Positions 23,268 through 35,845 of a stretch of 64,000 bases of DNA are shown in pieces. Both the position numbers and the translations under genes were made by a program. Source of the stretch: Octopus sinensis (lineage: Eukaryota). Numbering within the stretch: the first letter of the stretch is position 1; each line of letters starts with the position of its first letter. Where the stretch lies: contig NC_043008.1 of NCBI RefSeq assembly GCF_006345805.1, positions 3,472,001-3,536,000 on the forward strand. Direction: 5' to 3'. The notes beneath the pieces are model-generated. The model worked only from the letters and a program-made list of their open reading frames with translations. It had not been told where the DNA came from and made no database searches.

Positions 23268-23470
23268 AAGGCGGCGGGCTGGCAGAATCGTTAGCATGCA
23301 GGGCGAAATGCTTAGCGGTATTTCGTCTGCCGTTACGTTCTGAGTTCAAATTCCGCCGAGGTCGACTACTTTGCCTTTCATCCTTTCGGGGTCGATTAAA
23401 TAAGTACCAATTACGCACTGGAGTCGATGTAATCGACTTAATCCGTTTTTCTGTCCTTGTTTGTCCCCTT
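23268..23470 (+). mobile_element. SINE family A, young copy (tail type 1, partial)
   Basis: aaggcggcgggctggcagaatcgttagc (A box) ..gagttcaaattcc (B box)..gagtcgatgtaatcgactt hairpin..ctgtccttgtttgtcccct. Confidence 0.9.
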
Positions 23471-24340
23471 TAATTTTACCCCTATTAGAATATCGCAGGA
23501 AAGAATCGTGGGATCGATTCTTCAAGAGATCTAAGAGTAGACCAAGAACGAGACAGTTTCATAATACCTACAGTCTCAAGTTGGTCACGCTTGAGAACCC
23601 AGCCGGCCAGTCTAATGACAGTTGCTTTTGATTGGACCCTAAATAGTAAATACCTGAGGACTCTATGCCCACGATCCTCTCAGGAATTGTGGGTGGAGAT
23701 GATGGAAGGAGTTCTCTCCATAACTAAATTGTGAATCTGCGCTATACTTGTCCACGCACATAGTTTTAAAGAATTAATATCGATAAATTGAAATCTAATA
23801 TATCTAAAGTAGCACTAAGAGAAACCTAAGTTAATAATAGTCACTAACATTTCAAACAGTGAAATATTAGTGTCCGTTAGTAAATGAAAATTTATGTAAA
23901 CAAATTGTATATGCTTTACAAAAAATATATAAAATGCAATGATGTATGGTGTTTCGGTTCACAGAGTGTGCTACCCGGCTTTTATTGGAAAAGTAACTGA
24001 TGGCTATGTTTACGTGTTGTTATTTTTTATTATTATATATAATGCCAATTTAAATTGAATTAATATTTTAAGTATATTTTAATAGAATAACACAAATTAT
24101 GACCAGATCGAATGAAATTAGCGTAAGAATAAAATTATTAAAAGAAATTTACCACATAGAGTGGGGAATCAGGCTCAACTTCCACATCCTGAATACACGA
24201 CCTGCATGAATAAAAAAAATGACTTTGTGTGAAGAGAAGGATTTCCACAATGTTCAGAGTATTTCACCCTACAATCTTAAAAACAAAGGAACCATTGGCA
24301 AATGTAGACGAGGTTTCAAAGACGTAACATAATGCCGGAA

Positions 24341-24506
24341 ATTTGGGCAGCGAGTTAGTCGATAACACTGAATCCAAAGCGCAACTGGTATTAATTTCAT
24401 TGAACTCGAAAGGATGAAAGGCAAATTTGAACTTAGAACTTGAAAACAGATGAAATGCTACAAAGAATCTTTTGTCCGGCGCGTTTACGATTCATCTAAC
24501 TCGGCT
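24341..24506 (-). mobile_element. degenerate SINE family A
   Basis: gcgcaactggtatta..cgaaaggatgaaaggcaaatttgaactt. Confidence 0.65.
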
Positions 24507-24739
24507 ATTTTGAAAGACATAATAGAAAAATAGCTACATTTGAAGGAAAATGTAGATGATTTCGGCTGGAACACCTTTTAGTTATCTAGGATATCTTTTC
24601 GTTACAAGTAAGGTGTAGAATGAGAGAAATTTGAGGGCGCTTTCGAGCATGTCAGACTGCGGCCTTGCCTCGAATCTCACTTATTTGGACAAGTCGATTT
24701 AAGCTGATGTTATAGAAAATGGCCTTCATGATATTTATC

Positions 24740-24910
24740 CTCAGGTCAGCACTGATCAAGGAGGCATATGATCAAAGGCTTTCAACCATGGACAAGACAT
24801 CTTTGTTTCACTATACAGACAATCCTATTCCACATTAGCAACAATGTTCATACCTAAGATGGAAGAGTCTAATCCGAGGGAGATTATTTCCAGGACGAGC
24901 AGCCAAATGA
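24740..24910 (-). mobile_element. SINE family C
   Basis: caggtcagcactgatcaag..atatgatcaaaggctttcaaccatg matches other family C copies. Confidence 0.55.
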
Positions 24911-25183
24911 AGTTTCTCTTGTAACCAAAGCTCTTTCATGTGGCACTTTACCATCTTAAATAATATTGTTCGAAGTATACTGGATAATATATGTCTGCGC
25001 ATGTGTGTTAGCACGAGCGTATATGTCAATAAAAAAGATGGGATCGTCACGTCTGGCATGTCTTTGAACATAAGTCAATTTCATCAGGACAGGTGTGGTG
25101 ACAACAGCAACTTTCAGGCAAAATCATTCTGGGGGAACGGTAATATCCTTTATTTGTGCTTGCCCTTAGGTAATGGCTTCCAA

Positions 25184-25352
25184 TTTTGACACAAGGCCAG
25201 CAATTTCAAGGCAGGGGATAAATCGATTACATCGACCCCAGTACGCAACTGATACTTATTTCATCGACCTCAAAAGCATGAAGCGTTCACACGAACGAGA
25301 TTCCACTAAGTATTTTGCCTGCTGTGACGATTCTGCCCTATCATCACCTTCC
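25184..25352 (-). mobile_element. SINE family A (tail type 2)
   Basis: cacaaggccagcaattt..atcgattacatcgaccccagtacgcaactg..gacgattctgcc. Confidence 0.8.
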
Positions 25353-25729
25353 TTAGGTATTGATGAGGGCGATGCGCTTTGTATGCGACTAGAAAACCTG
25401 TACTAACATCAGAGTCGACAAGGGTCGCATTTATGCAGCCTTTTCAGTTAATGCTCATTGAAACTCATCTCTGTCTTAACTCTCGGGTTATCAACAGCGA
25501 ATGAGAACAAAACAAACTGTTATAATATGATTAATATACAACCTTGACTGCGAACAAAGTTCCAACTTGATTACACCGGTTCTTTGCTATTTGCGTTGGG
25601 CACTCCTTCTCTATGTTCTTCCAATTCTCCTTCTTTTTACGTAAGTATTCTGTTACTGCCACCGCCACTCCTGCATTGCCAGTCACTTCTTATCTTTACA
25701 AGTAGCATAAAATATTATATTACAAAGTA

Positions 25730-25960
25730 ATGGAGGGATCCATTACGCATTTCTCCGACTAGCAAGAGACGGCTGTTAAATTTGCATTATACCAAAACCT
25801 AGTCGCTTCAAAAAGGAGGGCGCTTTACGTAAAGTGAATAACGTAATCGTATAGACATTATGTCTGAAAGAAAATGGCGTAGTGGTTGTGGCTGAATTAT
25901 CTTTTATCTCAAGTCTGCTCAATCAAGACTAACCAGGAACTAAATAACAAAAACAACGAA
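25730..25960 (+). mobile_element. SINE family C
   Basis: gatccattacgc..gactagc..gtctgctcaatcaagactaaccaggaactaaataacaaaaacaac. Confidence 0.55.
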
Positions 25961-28642
25961 AGTTATATCATTCTTGAATAACTCATTTCTACTGCAACTT
26001 CTATAATCTTCTAGAATTAATTGGAATTGAACGTCGTTCGTGATATATGTATGATGTATTCAGCCTGAGTCTCTCTTCGTAAATGGTTCCAGCGTATCAC
26101 AGACTAAGTTGGTCGATCGACTTTCTGTTATGGCAAACATATCAGATACTAACAGCTGTTACTTTCTAATTAATCTGTCTCTTCTGTGACAGATCTGCAC
26201 CGAAGTTTTGGTAAATGTTAATATCAATATTCTTCTGGTGCCTGATATTTACAATGATGAATCAAGCTGCTATATATATTTGATAATTAGTTACTTCATG
26301 AAGAATCTTTTGAAAATTAAGAACACTACCAAAGAAAGAGATGAAATGCTAGCGTTTTATTATGGCATTATTTTTCTTTCTTTTCGGTACCGATGTCTGA
26401 AATAGTAAAGAACTAGACAATAAGCATAATTCTTTATATTTAGATGTCTCTCAAAGTCGGTTAAAAGTTGATGTATGCGGCTATCATCATCTTAAAATCC
26501 ATCGTATTGAGAGGTGAAAGTCAATGTCAACAACACAGAGAGTTCTGTTTAATTGACATTCTACAACAATCTCATAAAATGTGACCCCGTGTTTAGCCAA
26601 ATTAAGTTATTTCATAATCATTTTGCTATTCACGTAGCCTGATCAAACTTTATGACCATAAGTTATACATAAATTTCAATCTATCTCTATGTGAGATGAT
26701 CATTTGGTCATCTAAATTTAGCAGAATTGGTCTAATTTTAAACTACTTATCTCTGCCCTTCTCATTTACTATTAATATATTAAAGTCCATTAATAAAAGA
26801 TTCACCTGGGCAGAAAAACTGATAAATTTAATATTTGTGTTCGGCTGCTTCCGGTTTTGTGCAGCACTGATTCTATTCTTTATTTATAGCATCATAAGAC
26901 AGAAGTTGTCTATAAGTCGCTTATTTATGACTATAGAACATTTATTTTGATTTTATTGAGAACACTTTCCGAAAGCAGATGGATATATCATCTCAGTATC
27001 CTTAGACTAATAAAATAATTTTCTGGCACCAATGTATGTTTAAAAGTCAAGTAGAAATCAAATATCTTGTCATCTTTCGGAAAATGAATAAACTGTATGA
27101 GTACCAGTTATGATAAAACTCACCGAGATTTTGTGTTGTTTGAAATTAAGCGACTGAAGTAGAGAATATGTTTATTTGAGTAATGTTGAACATAGAAGCA
27201 TTATGGACGACGACTATCAATGAGACGAAAATAAAAGCAGTGTCAAATAGACTGATACATAATCGATGTTATTACTTCGTAAACGTGTTTGTAAGATTTG
27301 AAAGAAATGTCGTCCACTTACATGTATTTTATTGACCAGTCGCCATTTTATTTTAAGTATTTATCATGTAGCATCATAACAAAATTGATTTATAACTTGG
27401 ATACATGGCTACACAAACGGGGAGTGGAAGTAACGATCGATTCTATCACAGTACTTGACTGGTACTTAATTCAACAACCCTAAAGGAAAGAAAAGCGAAG
27501 CATTTTACTGATCATATTATTAATTCTGCAATCCACAGGCCTCAACAAAGATAGAAAACCACAAAATTACAGAGATAAAAAAAAAACGATTAAATTTACC
27601 AGCGTACATGACAAGTAGACGTTTGGAACAACGAAACGCATACAAGACTCCAGCAGATTTTGAAATCACGACTGAAAGTGGCACAGAAGTACCTCACAGT
27701 TTGGCCGTTGGTCATCCAGTTCTGCTGATACACTACCTTTAGCGCCAACAAAATACTACAACCTTTTCCAGTTTTAGTTACTTTTTTTACATCTTTGACA
27801 TGCATCTGAGGTGTGAGCAAGCATTTAATCTTATCTAATCTCTCGTTAACCACCGCCCTGCTCATCTTATTCTCTGCTCATCTCATTCCTGGAGATATTT
27901 ATCAATAGAAATTCAAGAAAGAAAAACACAAAATTAGTTGACTCGGAAATTGCTAACACGACCGTCCGTCCTTTAATATTAATGAAAATTGGTTCTGCTA
28001 TTGATTAGCATAACTCACCCCCCACACTATATGAATAAATTCACGTATTGCCAACGAGTAGATTTAATTGTATCTCATATTTTCCTTTTATCAAAAATAA
28101 TATCGCGCAGAACAAATCAAATTTACATTTTTATGAAGATTTTCGGGTCACTTAATAACATTAAGATTTTCAAATGATAAGTATTGTGTTTGTTTATTGG
28201 ATTTGTGTAGCCGTAAAAAAATATATTTTGCCACGTTCGTCGCTAGTATTATGTGAGTTTATGTGTTTGTGGTGAGTATGTGTAGATGCGTGTGTCAGTG
28301 TGTGTGTGTGCGTGTGTGTATGTGTTTGTGTGTGCGTGTATATATACGTATCTATATATCTATATACCTATATCTATATGTATGTATGTATGTATCTATA
28401 TTGGTGATGCTGAACTTATAAATGGGATTTATGCAAACAAAAACCAAGTTTTAGAACAAGCCTAATTTTATGGTGAATATTATGATTAATTTGGAAATAT
28501 CACGAGATAATAAAAACGAAGCAAGAGTGGAAATCTTTTGAGTTCGTTCCAATAGGAGAAATCTCAGCTGAGACTTTCGAGAGCCAAGCGATGTTTTGCA
28601 TAAAACGAAAATAATAAAAATGGTAATTATCATGTTCTTTTA

Positions 28643-28862
28643 ATTTTTACTTGCTTTAGTCATTAGACTGCGGCCATGCTGGGGCACCGCCTTAGGGAAT
28701 TTGTTAGTCGAATGAATCGCACACCGCACATATTTTCTTTCCTTTAAGCCTGGCACTTATTCTAAGTTACGAGGACGTAAACTCATCATCACCGGTTTTC
28801 AAGTGGTGGTGGAGAACAGACATAAAGACACACACACACATATATAAATACACACACACACC

Positions 28863-28896
<34 letters not shown>

Positions 28897-28980
28897 CGAC
28901 GGATTTCATTCCGTTTCCGTCTATCAATTCCCATGTGGTTGTGAAGCAAGCCCCTTACCCCATAACCACTCCTGCACCTA
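28643..28980 (-). mobile_element. SINE family B with internal deletions
   Basis: agactgcggccatgctggggcaccgcc tail and ccactcctgcacct head. Confidence 0.8.
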
Positions 28981-29019
28981 TCACAAGAATATTTCTTTCT
29001 CATTTTAACAAAAAAGGCT

Positions 29020-29150
29020 GAACGTTTTGGCGGGGTAGCTGATTACCTACACCCTGGTACTCATCTCCCACTTTCTTTGTCAACACCCGATTACATAAAA
29101 CGCAAAATCAACCACCGTGGAATTTCAACTCAGAACGTAAAAGAGAAACA
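29020..29150 (-). mobile_element. degenerate SINE family A
   Basis: aaaatcaaccaccgtggaatttcaactcagaacgtaa. Confidence 0.55.
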
Positions 29151-29196
29151 TACCAGTCAGCTCGCTGCCTTTCATATAATAATAATAATAATAATA

Positions 29197-29234
<38 letters not shown>

Positions 29235-29237
29235 TTA

Positions 29238-29592
29238 GTTTGGTGACTTCTTTGCTCCTCACGTCCAAGATCATCATCTTACCGACCTGGTCGAGGAAAG
29301 CCGTATTCACCTTCAAGTCAAAGCCTTTCCGAAAAAGCACTGCGACGCCATTTCATCCGAGCTGATCAGAGGAGATATAAACCGTGTGATCGTCCAGAAG
29401 AAGAGCAAGCGATTGCGTTTCGGAAATCCTAGTCTCACTAATGGCTACGGCGTCCAGACATAGTGATGACCTGAGGCCATTGAGCAGGCGACCCTGTTTC
29501 CACGCTGCCCTCAGGCCACGCGCATTTATACTACCTATTCTTAGAATTGTCGTTGCTGGAGGAGAGAAAGAAACAAAAGAAGAGTCAATCAC
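29238..29592 (-). pseudogene. APE endonuclease N-terminus of a Tx1/L1-type LINE ORF2
   Basis: LRIGSINARGL..LDAVAISETRIS, then a frameshift to LFRKGFDLKVNTAFLDQVGKMMILDV; truncated at (TAT)n. Confidence 0.8.
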
Positions 29593-29984
29593 TTACCCTT
29601 GGTTAGGGTTGATCATTTTTCCGGGCCCTCAAATGGGCCTTCCAATATCCTTTTATCTAATGTACTTTTAAAACCCACACATCATGTGGGAAACGTCTCC
29701 TCAGAAAACGATACATAGTGAGAGTTGTTCTAATCAGAACCCTCTCTTCTGGGGCTTTGGCAATGGTGACCGCATCAAGACCCTCACCTCTCCAATTTCC
29801 ATTAATTCCCTGTTGTCCTTCCGCAGAACAGTGTAATTCAAAAGCTTGTCCGAGAGATGTTGTCCAGCAAGTTCCGTCTCTTGTGGTTGGTGCAAACTGA
29901 TGTCGTTTTGCTTCTTTTTGTTTCGGCTTCCCTTGTTGCAGAGAGCGAAGGCTACATAATAGCTGCTTGATGTGAAAACTTATT

Positions 29985-30880
29985 TACCCGGAACTAAATA
30001 GCCATTGTGATGAACCTTCGTGTAGACCCAAACTGCTCAATCTGCAATGATTCGATTCAAATGGTAGATCCTTTAATTTCTGGGTGTAAAGTTTTAGAAC
30101 CAGCAGTGTATAAAAGAAGATATGATGGGGTTGGCCAATATTTACACAGGTTGATATCTCGGCCTCATAAAACCAAAACTGTTGACAAGTAGTATAAGCA
30201 TCAGACTCGCGCTGCAGCTGAAGGAAAAATGTAAGGATTCTTTGCGGTTTCCTTCTATATAGAGAGAGCAACACCAAATCAAATTAAGTGGAAATTGTTA
30301 CAACAGACCCAATTGATAAAGTCTGTTTATTGGTTGACATACATATACCTTGTGATCATATTTCCATTGGGTAAAAGAATTGGACAAGTTTAAAAAGATT
30401 TGCTCATCGAAACCGAAAGAAATGTGGCATTTCTAAATGGTTACGCTACCAGTGATTGTAGGAAGACTAGGACTGATAAAAAATGCAAGTAAATATTATT
30501 TGAGAATGATCCTTGACTGAGAATGCCTGCACGAAACGCAGAAGATTGTTGTAACTGATACGTCACACTTATTGGCGAAGAGCAATGTCGGTGTGAGAAC
30601 GATAATCTTGCGAGTAAATATTTTCTTTTCAACATAACGTTGTTTGATTTTGTAAATGAACAATCTGCTGTGTTTATTTTAATGGCCTATCAATGTACAT
30701 AGTGAGTTTCTTTGCTCTGGGCGTCGTGAATACATTCGGTAAGAAATGGAAATAAAACTGATGGAACAAGAAAAACACATAAGAATATTCATAGTAATAA
30801 TAACAATAACAATAACAACAATAATAATAATAATAAAGAAGAACGGTAATAATAACAATAACAAAAATAATAATATAAAT
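29985..30880 (+). mobile_element. R4/Dong-type RLE non-LTR retrotransposon, 3' fragment 1 with (AAT/AAC)n tail
   Basis: DPNCSICNDSIQMVDPLISGCKVLEPAVYKRRYDGVGQYLH (CCHC region), KVCLL.DI, PVIVGRLG; 3' UTR gtgtttattttaatggcct..ggtaagaaatggaa. Confidence 0.85.
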
Positions 30881-31029
30881 AATAATTTTCTTTCCTTTTT
30901 TCCGCTTTTATTTTCTTTGTTCACAATTTTCCCCTATTTTTATACTTTTATCTTATTTTTTCTTCTTTCCTTTTTCTTACTTTCTTCCTCATTTCTTTCT
31001 ACTACATGACTTTGTAAATGAACAATCTG

Positions 31030-31134
31030 GTGTGTTTATTTTAATAGCCTACCAGTGTAAACAGCGGGTTTCTTTGCCCTAGGTATCGGGAGGACAGTCG
31101 GCAAGAAACGGAAAGAAAACTGAAAGAAGATAAC

Positions 31135-31186
<52 letters not shown>

Positions 31187-31420
31187 TAATAATAATAATA
31201 ATAATAATGAGGAGGAGGAGGAGGAGGATGCCTACCGACAAGGAACTACAAGGCCATCCTAATTAAAGAACGGCAGTGTGTGTTTATTTTAATAGCCTAC
31301 CAGTATAAACAGCGGGTTTCTTTGCCCTAGGTATCGGGAGGACAGACGGTAAGAAACGGAAAGAAAACTGAAAGAGGATAACTATAATAATAATAATAAT
31401 ATAATAATAATATAATAATA

Positions 31421-31487
<67 letters not shown>

Positions 31488-31658
31488 GAGGAGGAGGAGG
31501 AGGATGCCTACCGACAAGGAACTACAAGGCCATCCTAATTAAAGAACGGCAGTGTGTGTTTATTTTAATAGCCTACCAGTATAAACAGCGGGTTTCTTTG
31601 CCCTAGGTATCGGGAGGACAGACGGTAAGAAACGGAAAGAAAACTGAAAGAGGATAAC

Positions 31659-31724
<66 letters not shown>

Positions 31725-31793
31725 GAGGAGGAGGAGGAGGAGGATGGCTACCGACAAGGAACTACAAGGCCATCCTAATTAAAGAACGGCAGT
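31030..31793 (+). repeat. 3 tandem units (~240-276 bp) of R4 3' UTR + (AAT)n + (GAG)n + 50 bp of the next element's truncated 5' end
   Basis: Units start at 31030, 31278 and 31554; non-microsatellite parts are nearly identical. Confidence 0.95.
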
Positions 31794-32530
31794 AGCCCAA
31801 CATATGTATGTCAACAAAGAAATTAAACCATCGATCATATTGTCTCCAAGTGCAGTCTTCTTTCGCCTACAGTGTATCTCAACGGGCACGATAGTGTTGC
31901 ACAATATATTCACTGGGTAATTTGTAAAAACCTGGACCGGCCCTATGATAAAAACTGGTGGGAACACAAACCACCCCCAGTGCTTGAATATTATCCCGTC
32001 TCACTCCTCTTCAACTTCACCATTGAAACTGACAGAAAGATAGATGCGAATAGGTCAGACATTATATTGAAAGACTTCAGACAAAAATCAGGCATCCTCA
32101 GTGATATGACTGTCCCAATCGACATAAATGTATCTTTCAAGACCTACCGAAAACTGAGCAAATATAAAGATCTTGAAATAGAAATTGGCAAATTGTGGAA
32201 CCTCAAGACTAAACAATACCTATTATCATAGGGGATGTTTGCTACCTAGCTCAGATATCAGAAAACGCTAAAATGACAGAAATTCAACAGATAGTGCTCA
32301 TGAGAACTGCCCAAACCCTACACAAAATAGTGTGTATGTAATCTCAACTTTTAAAACAAACTCATTTTCTTATGTTTTCTTAAACATTCTCTATAACTAT
32401 ACTATGTGCAAAACTAAATATATGACACCCTCGGCATAACACCAACATGAACTTCTAACTTGCTGCCTATTGAAGACTCTGGGTGAACTTGGAGCCAACT
32501 TGTACAAATACAAAACAATGATTAAATACA
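31745..32530 (+). mobile_element. R4/Dong-type fragment 2 (5'-truncated, distinct 3' UTR)
   Basis: LPTRNYKAI..KNGSSPT.VCQQRN*TIDHIVSKC..HDSVAQYIHW..DANRSDIILKD..DMTVPID..KLSKYKDLEIEI (PD..D-type RLE). Confidence 0.9.
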
Positions 32531-34322
32531 ATAGTATGCCTATGAAATTGGCGACAAGACAATAAGTCATCTGTTTTATATGGATGACTTAAAACAGTTT
32601 GGCAAAGACGATAATGAGGTTGAAGGACCACTGCGTACTGTGAAAGCATTCAGTGATGACATTGGGATTGAATTTGGTTTTGATAAATGTGCCAAAGCCA
32701 CTTTCCAGAAATGGAAACTGAAGACCTCAAGTTCAGTGGTGCTGGATGTCGATACAGTTCTAAATCAACTTGAGCAGGGACAAACTTACAAATACCTCGG
32801 AATAAATGAAAGTTCTGTCATTCAATATACAAGTATGAAAGAGAAGATCAAGAAGGAATGTTGCAAGATAATTCGAGAAGTCCTAAAGTCTGAGTTAAAA
32901 GCACGTAACAAGATGTTGGCTTTAAATTCCTTGGCGGCTCCAGCTGTTAATTACATTTTCAATGTGTTGAACTGGAATATGAGCGAAATAAGGAAGATTG
33001 ATAGGAAAATCCGTTAGCTGCTGACTTGCAATAAGATGCACCACCCAAAGGCAGACGTAGATCATCTTTACCTACCCAGAGCTCAAGGAAGTTTGATCCA
33101 ATTTGAAATTTCCTACAAAACCACTAGAACTGAGCTGGCAACATATCTTGAAACACCTTACCACTGGATACTAAATCTCGTTGAAAACCATGAAAGACGT
33201 TAAGCAGCTACATTTTGTTATGATGAATAGCAAAATACTTTTAAAGTCAGTTTATGCATAATACCCAGGTTGAACAGCATCATGAGGGAAGTGCAGCAAC
33301 TGCAGTTGCAAAGAAGGCTAAATCAATGGCAAAGCAAAATGTGTTTGAACAATTGGCTGATAGGTGGGAACAAAAAGCTCTGCATGGCAAATATGTGACC
33401 CGTAGCAAACAAGCTGATGTAGACCAGAAGCACACTAATCAGTGGCTACGGAGCTCAGGGCTAAAGGCAGAGAATGAAGGCTTTAATCTTGTCTCCCCAA
33501 TATCAGAGTTTATTGACCTGGAACTATGAAGCCAACATGATGAAAAATGGCGTAGACCCAAAGTGCAGAAACAGTGAACCACCTAATCTCTGGATGTAAG
33601 GTTTTAGCACCTGTGGAGTGACATGACAGAATAGACCAATATCTATATTGGATAATTTGCTGACATTATAAAATCAAAACTGCTGACAAATGGCACAAGT
33701 ACCACCCTGAGGCTGTAACTGAGGGAGAAATGTAATTATTCTTTGGGACTTCCCAGTATGTACATACAGAACCATCAAAGCAAACAAACTAGAGATTGTT
33801 GTGAAAGACCAAAACAATAAAGTCTGTTTATTGATTGATATGAGAATACTCTGTGGCCATAATATCTCGGCTAAAGAATTTGATAAGCGCAGAAAATATA
33901 AAGATTCGCTCTTCGAAATCGAAAAGTTGACGCATCCCAACATGGTTGTAATACCAGTGATTGTAGAAGCACAGCACTTGGGATGATCAAAAAAGGAGCT
34001 GAAAATTATTTAAGAATGATCCCTGGTTTACCATCCATGCAGGGAGCGCAAAATTTTGTTTTAACTGGTACGTCACACGTATTGAGAAAAGCGTTGTCCC
34101 TGTGAATTTTCTTACCCTTTTTCTCCTTTATTTTTTTTGTTTACTTTTTTATTTTTATTCTGTCCTTCTCCTTTTCCCTATCACATAACTTCTTAAATGG
34201 ACAATTTGGTGCGTATATTTTAATGGCCTACCAACGTATACAGTGCGTTTCTCTGCCCTAGTTGTCAGGAAGACACTCGGCAAGAAATGGAAACGGCATT
34301 GAAAGAAGATAATAATTATAAT

Positions 34323-34371
<49 letters not shown>

Positions 34372-34385
34372 GTAATAATAATAAT

Positions 34386-34445
<60 letters not shown>
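32531..34445 (+). mobile_element. R4/Dong-type fragment 3 (RT C-half to 3' UTR) with (AAT)n tail
   Basis: ISHLFYMDDLKQF, FGFDKCAK, YKYLG, ALHGKY, WLRSSGLKAENEG, KANKLEIVVKD..CLLIDM; multiple stops; same UTR type as 31030; tail 34311-34445. Confidence 0.92.
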
Positions 34446-34446
<1 letters not shown>

Positions 34447-34449
34447 GTA

Positions 34450-34555
34450 TCAAATTTTGGCGGAAGGCAAGTAATTTGTTTGGAGTTAATCGATTAGATA
34501 GATCCAGTGCTCAACTGGTACTTTATTTATCGATGAAAGTTAAAGTTGACTGCAC
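34450..34555 (-). mobile_element. SINE family A 3' fragment (tail type 2)
   Basis: caaattttggcggaaggc..atcgattagatagatccagtgctcaactggtact. Confidence 0.6.
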
Positions 34556-35684
34556 TTGAAGGCATTCAAGGACGAAATAGTAATTGTGTCGAAAGCCAAG
34601 AGTAAACGTTCTTACCAATGGCTGGGTCGTTGTTCTGTGATGCACTGTATATCGTTGTATAATCCAATGGGAAAGTTTTGGTGCACTAAATCGGTTTGTC
34701 CTTCCATTCGTTGCATAGTATTAAATATCAGACAGACACTATCAGATATTTTCCCGAATAAATGGATAACACGGCGAAAGAACCCTTCAAATGGTATTTT
34801 GAAGGCAGTCTGATATTCTCTAGGCAAGTGTAAGTTACATTCCTACTCCTGAAAAAGTGCCTTCATTAAGTATGTATTTGTGCCGTTCATATATATATAT
34901 GTGTAAACTGTCCTTTTCTCTACTTGTAAACATATTTAAAATCTCATAAGTTCTCATAATATGTGTACAAGAGAAATTGTTCTGTTGATGTTGCTTTTTT
35001 TTTTGTTAGAATTTTAGGTTATAGTATTTTAAAGCATCATAGTGCAAGGCAATTTTGTCTTTGAAAACTGAATGTCTTTCTGTGTAATTGTTATTTGTTA
35101 TATTGTTCACATTTTTTTTATTTCCATTTTGGTGCCTGTGCAGTCATCGTAGCTATATTTGAAATGTTTGTTGGCAAAAGACACAAAAATTTTATTTGGC
35201 GAATTATAGCTATTATATTTTCTAGAAGAAGAGAAATAATAGCAGGAGGAGAAATACTCTCTCTTTATGGCCATATACGACTCAAAAATTACTTTGCCTT
35301 AGCATGTAAATTGGCGAAGTTTTCGAACCCGTATGAACAACGAAAAGCACATTTCCAAATGGCAACATTTTTATGAATTCTCGTAAGCATTCAAATTTAT
35401 GAGTGAAGAGGAATAGTTATTATATGAATTCCAGTACATTTTTAATATTTTGTTGCATGGGCTCTGGGTGAATGAAAGGTAAACTTTAGCATAGCGGCAT
35501 TTGAAATCAGATCGTAAAGATCCGTAGCAAATAACGCAAGACATTTTGTTTAACGCTCGAACGGTAATTTTTTGAATTTATTTACGTGTGTTTTCAAGAA
35601 ATCTATTACAAAAGGGAGATACAGAACATACAGGCATATTATGTATATTTCTACCCACATATATACAAAGATACACATTTAGAA

Positions 35685-35845
35685 ATTTGTGGAGAGAGGG
35701 CGAGATAACATCGACTACAGTACACAAGGGGTATATATTTGATCGAAAGGATGAACGGTGAAGTCAATCTCTGTGGAATTAAGTGCAGAGGGACGAACTA
35801 CCCCTAAATTATTTCTCGGTGAGCTAACGATTCTGCCAGATCGAA
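35685..35845 (-). mobile_element. degenerate SINE family A
   Basis: acatcgactacagtac..cgaaaggatgaa..gctaacgattctgccag. Confidence 0.6.

Noticed and set aside
23500-23760. Hairpin-rich segment with CTGAGGA
   Set aside because: The stem is followed by ATGA rather than GAAA; no second copy and no assignable family.
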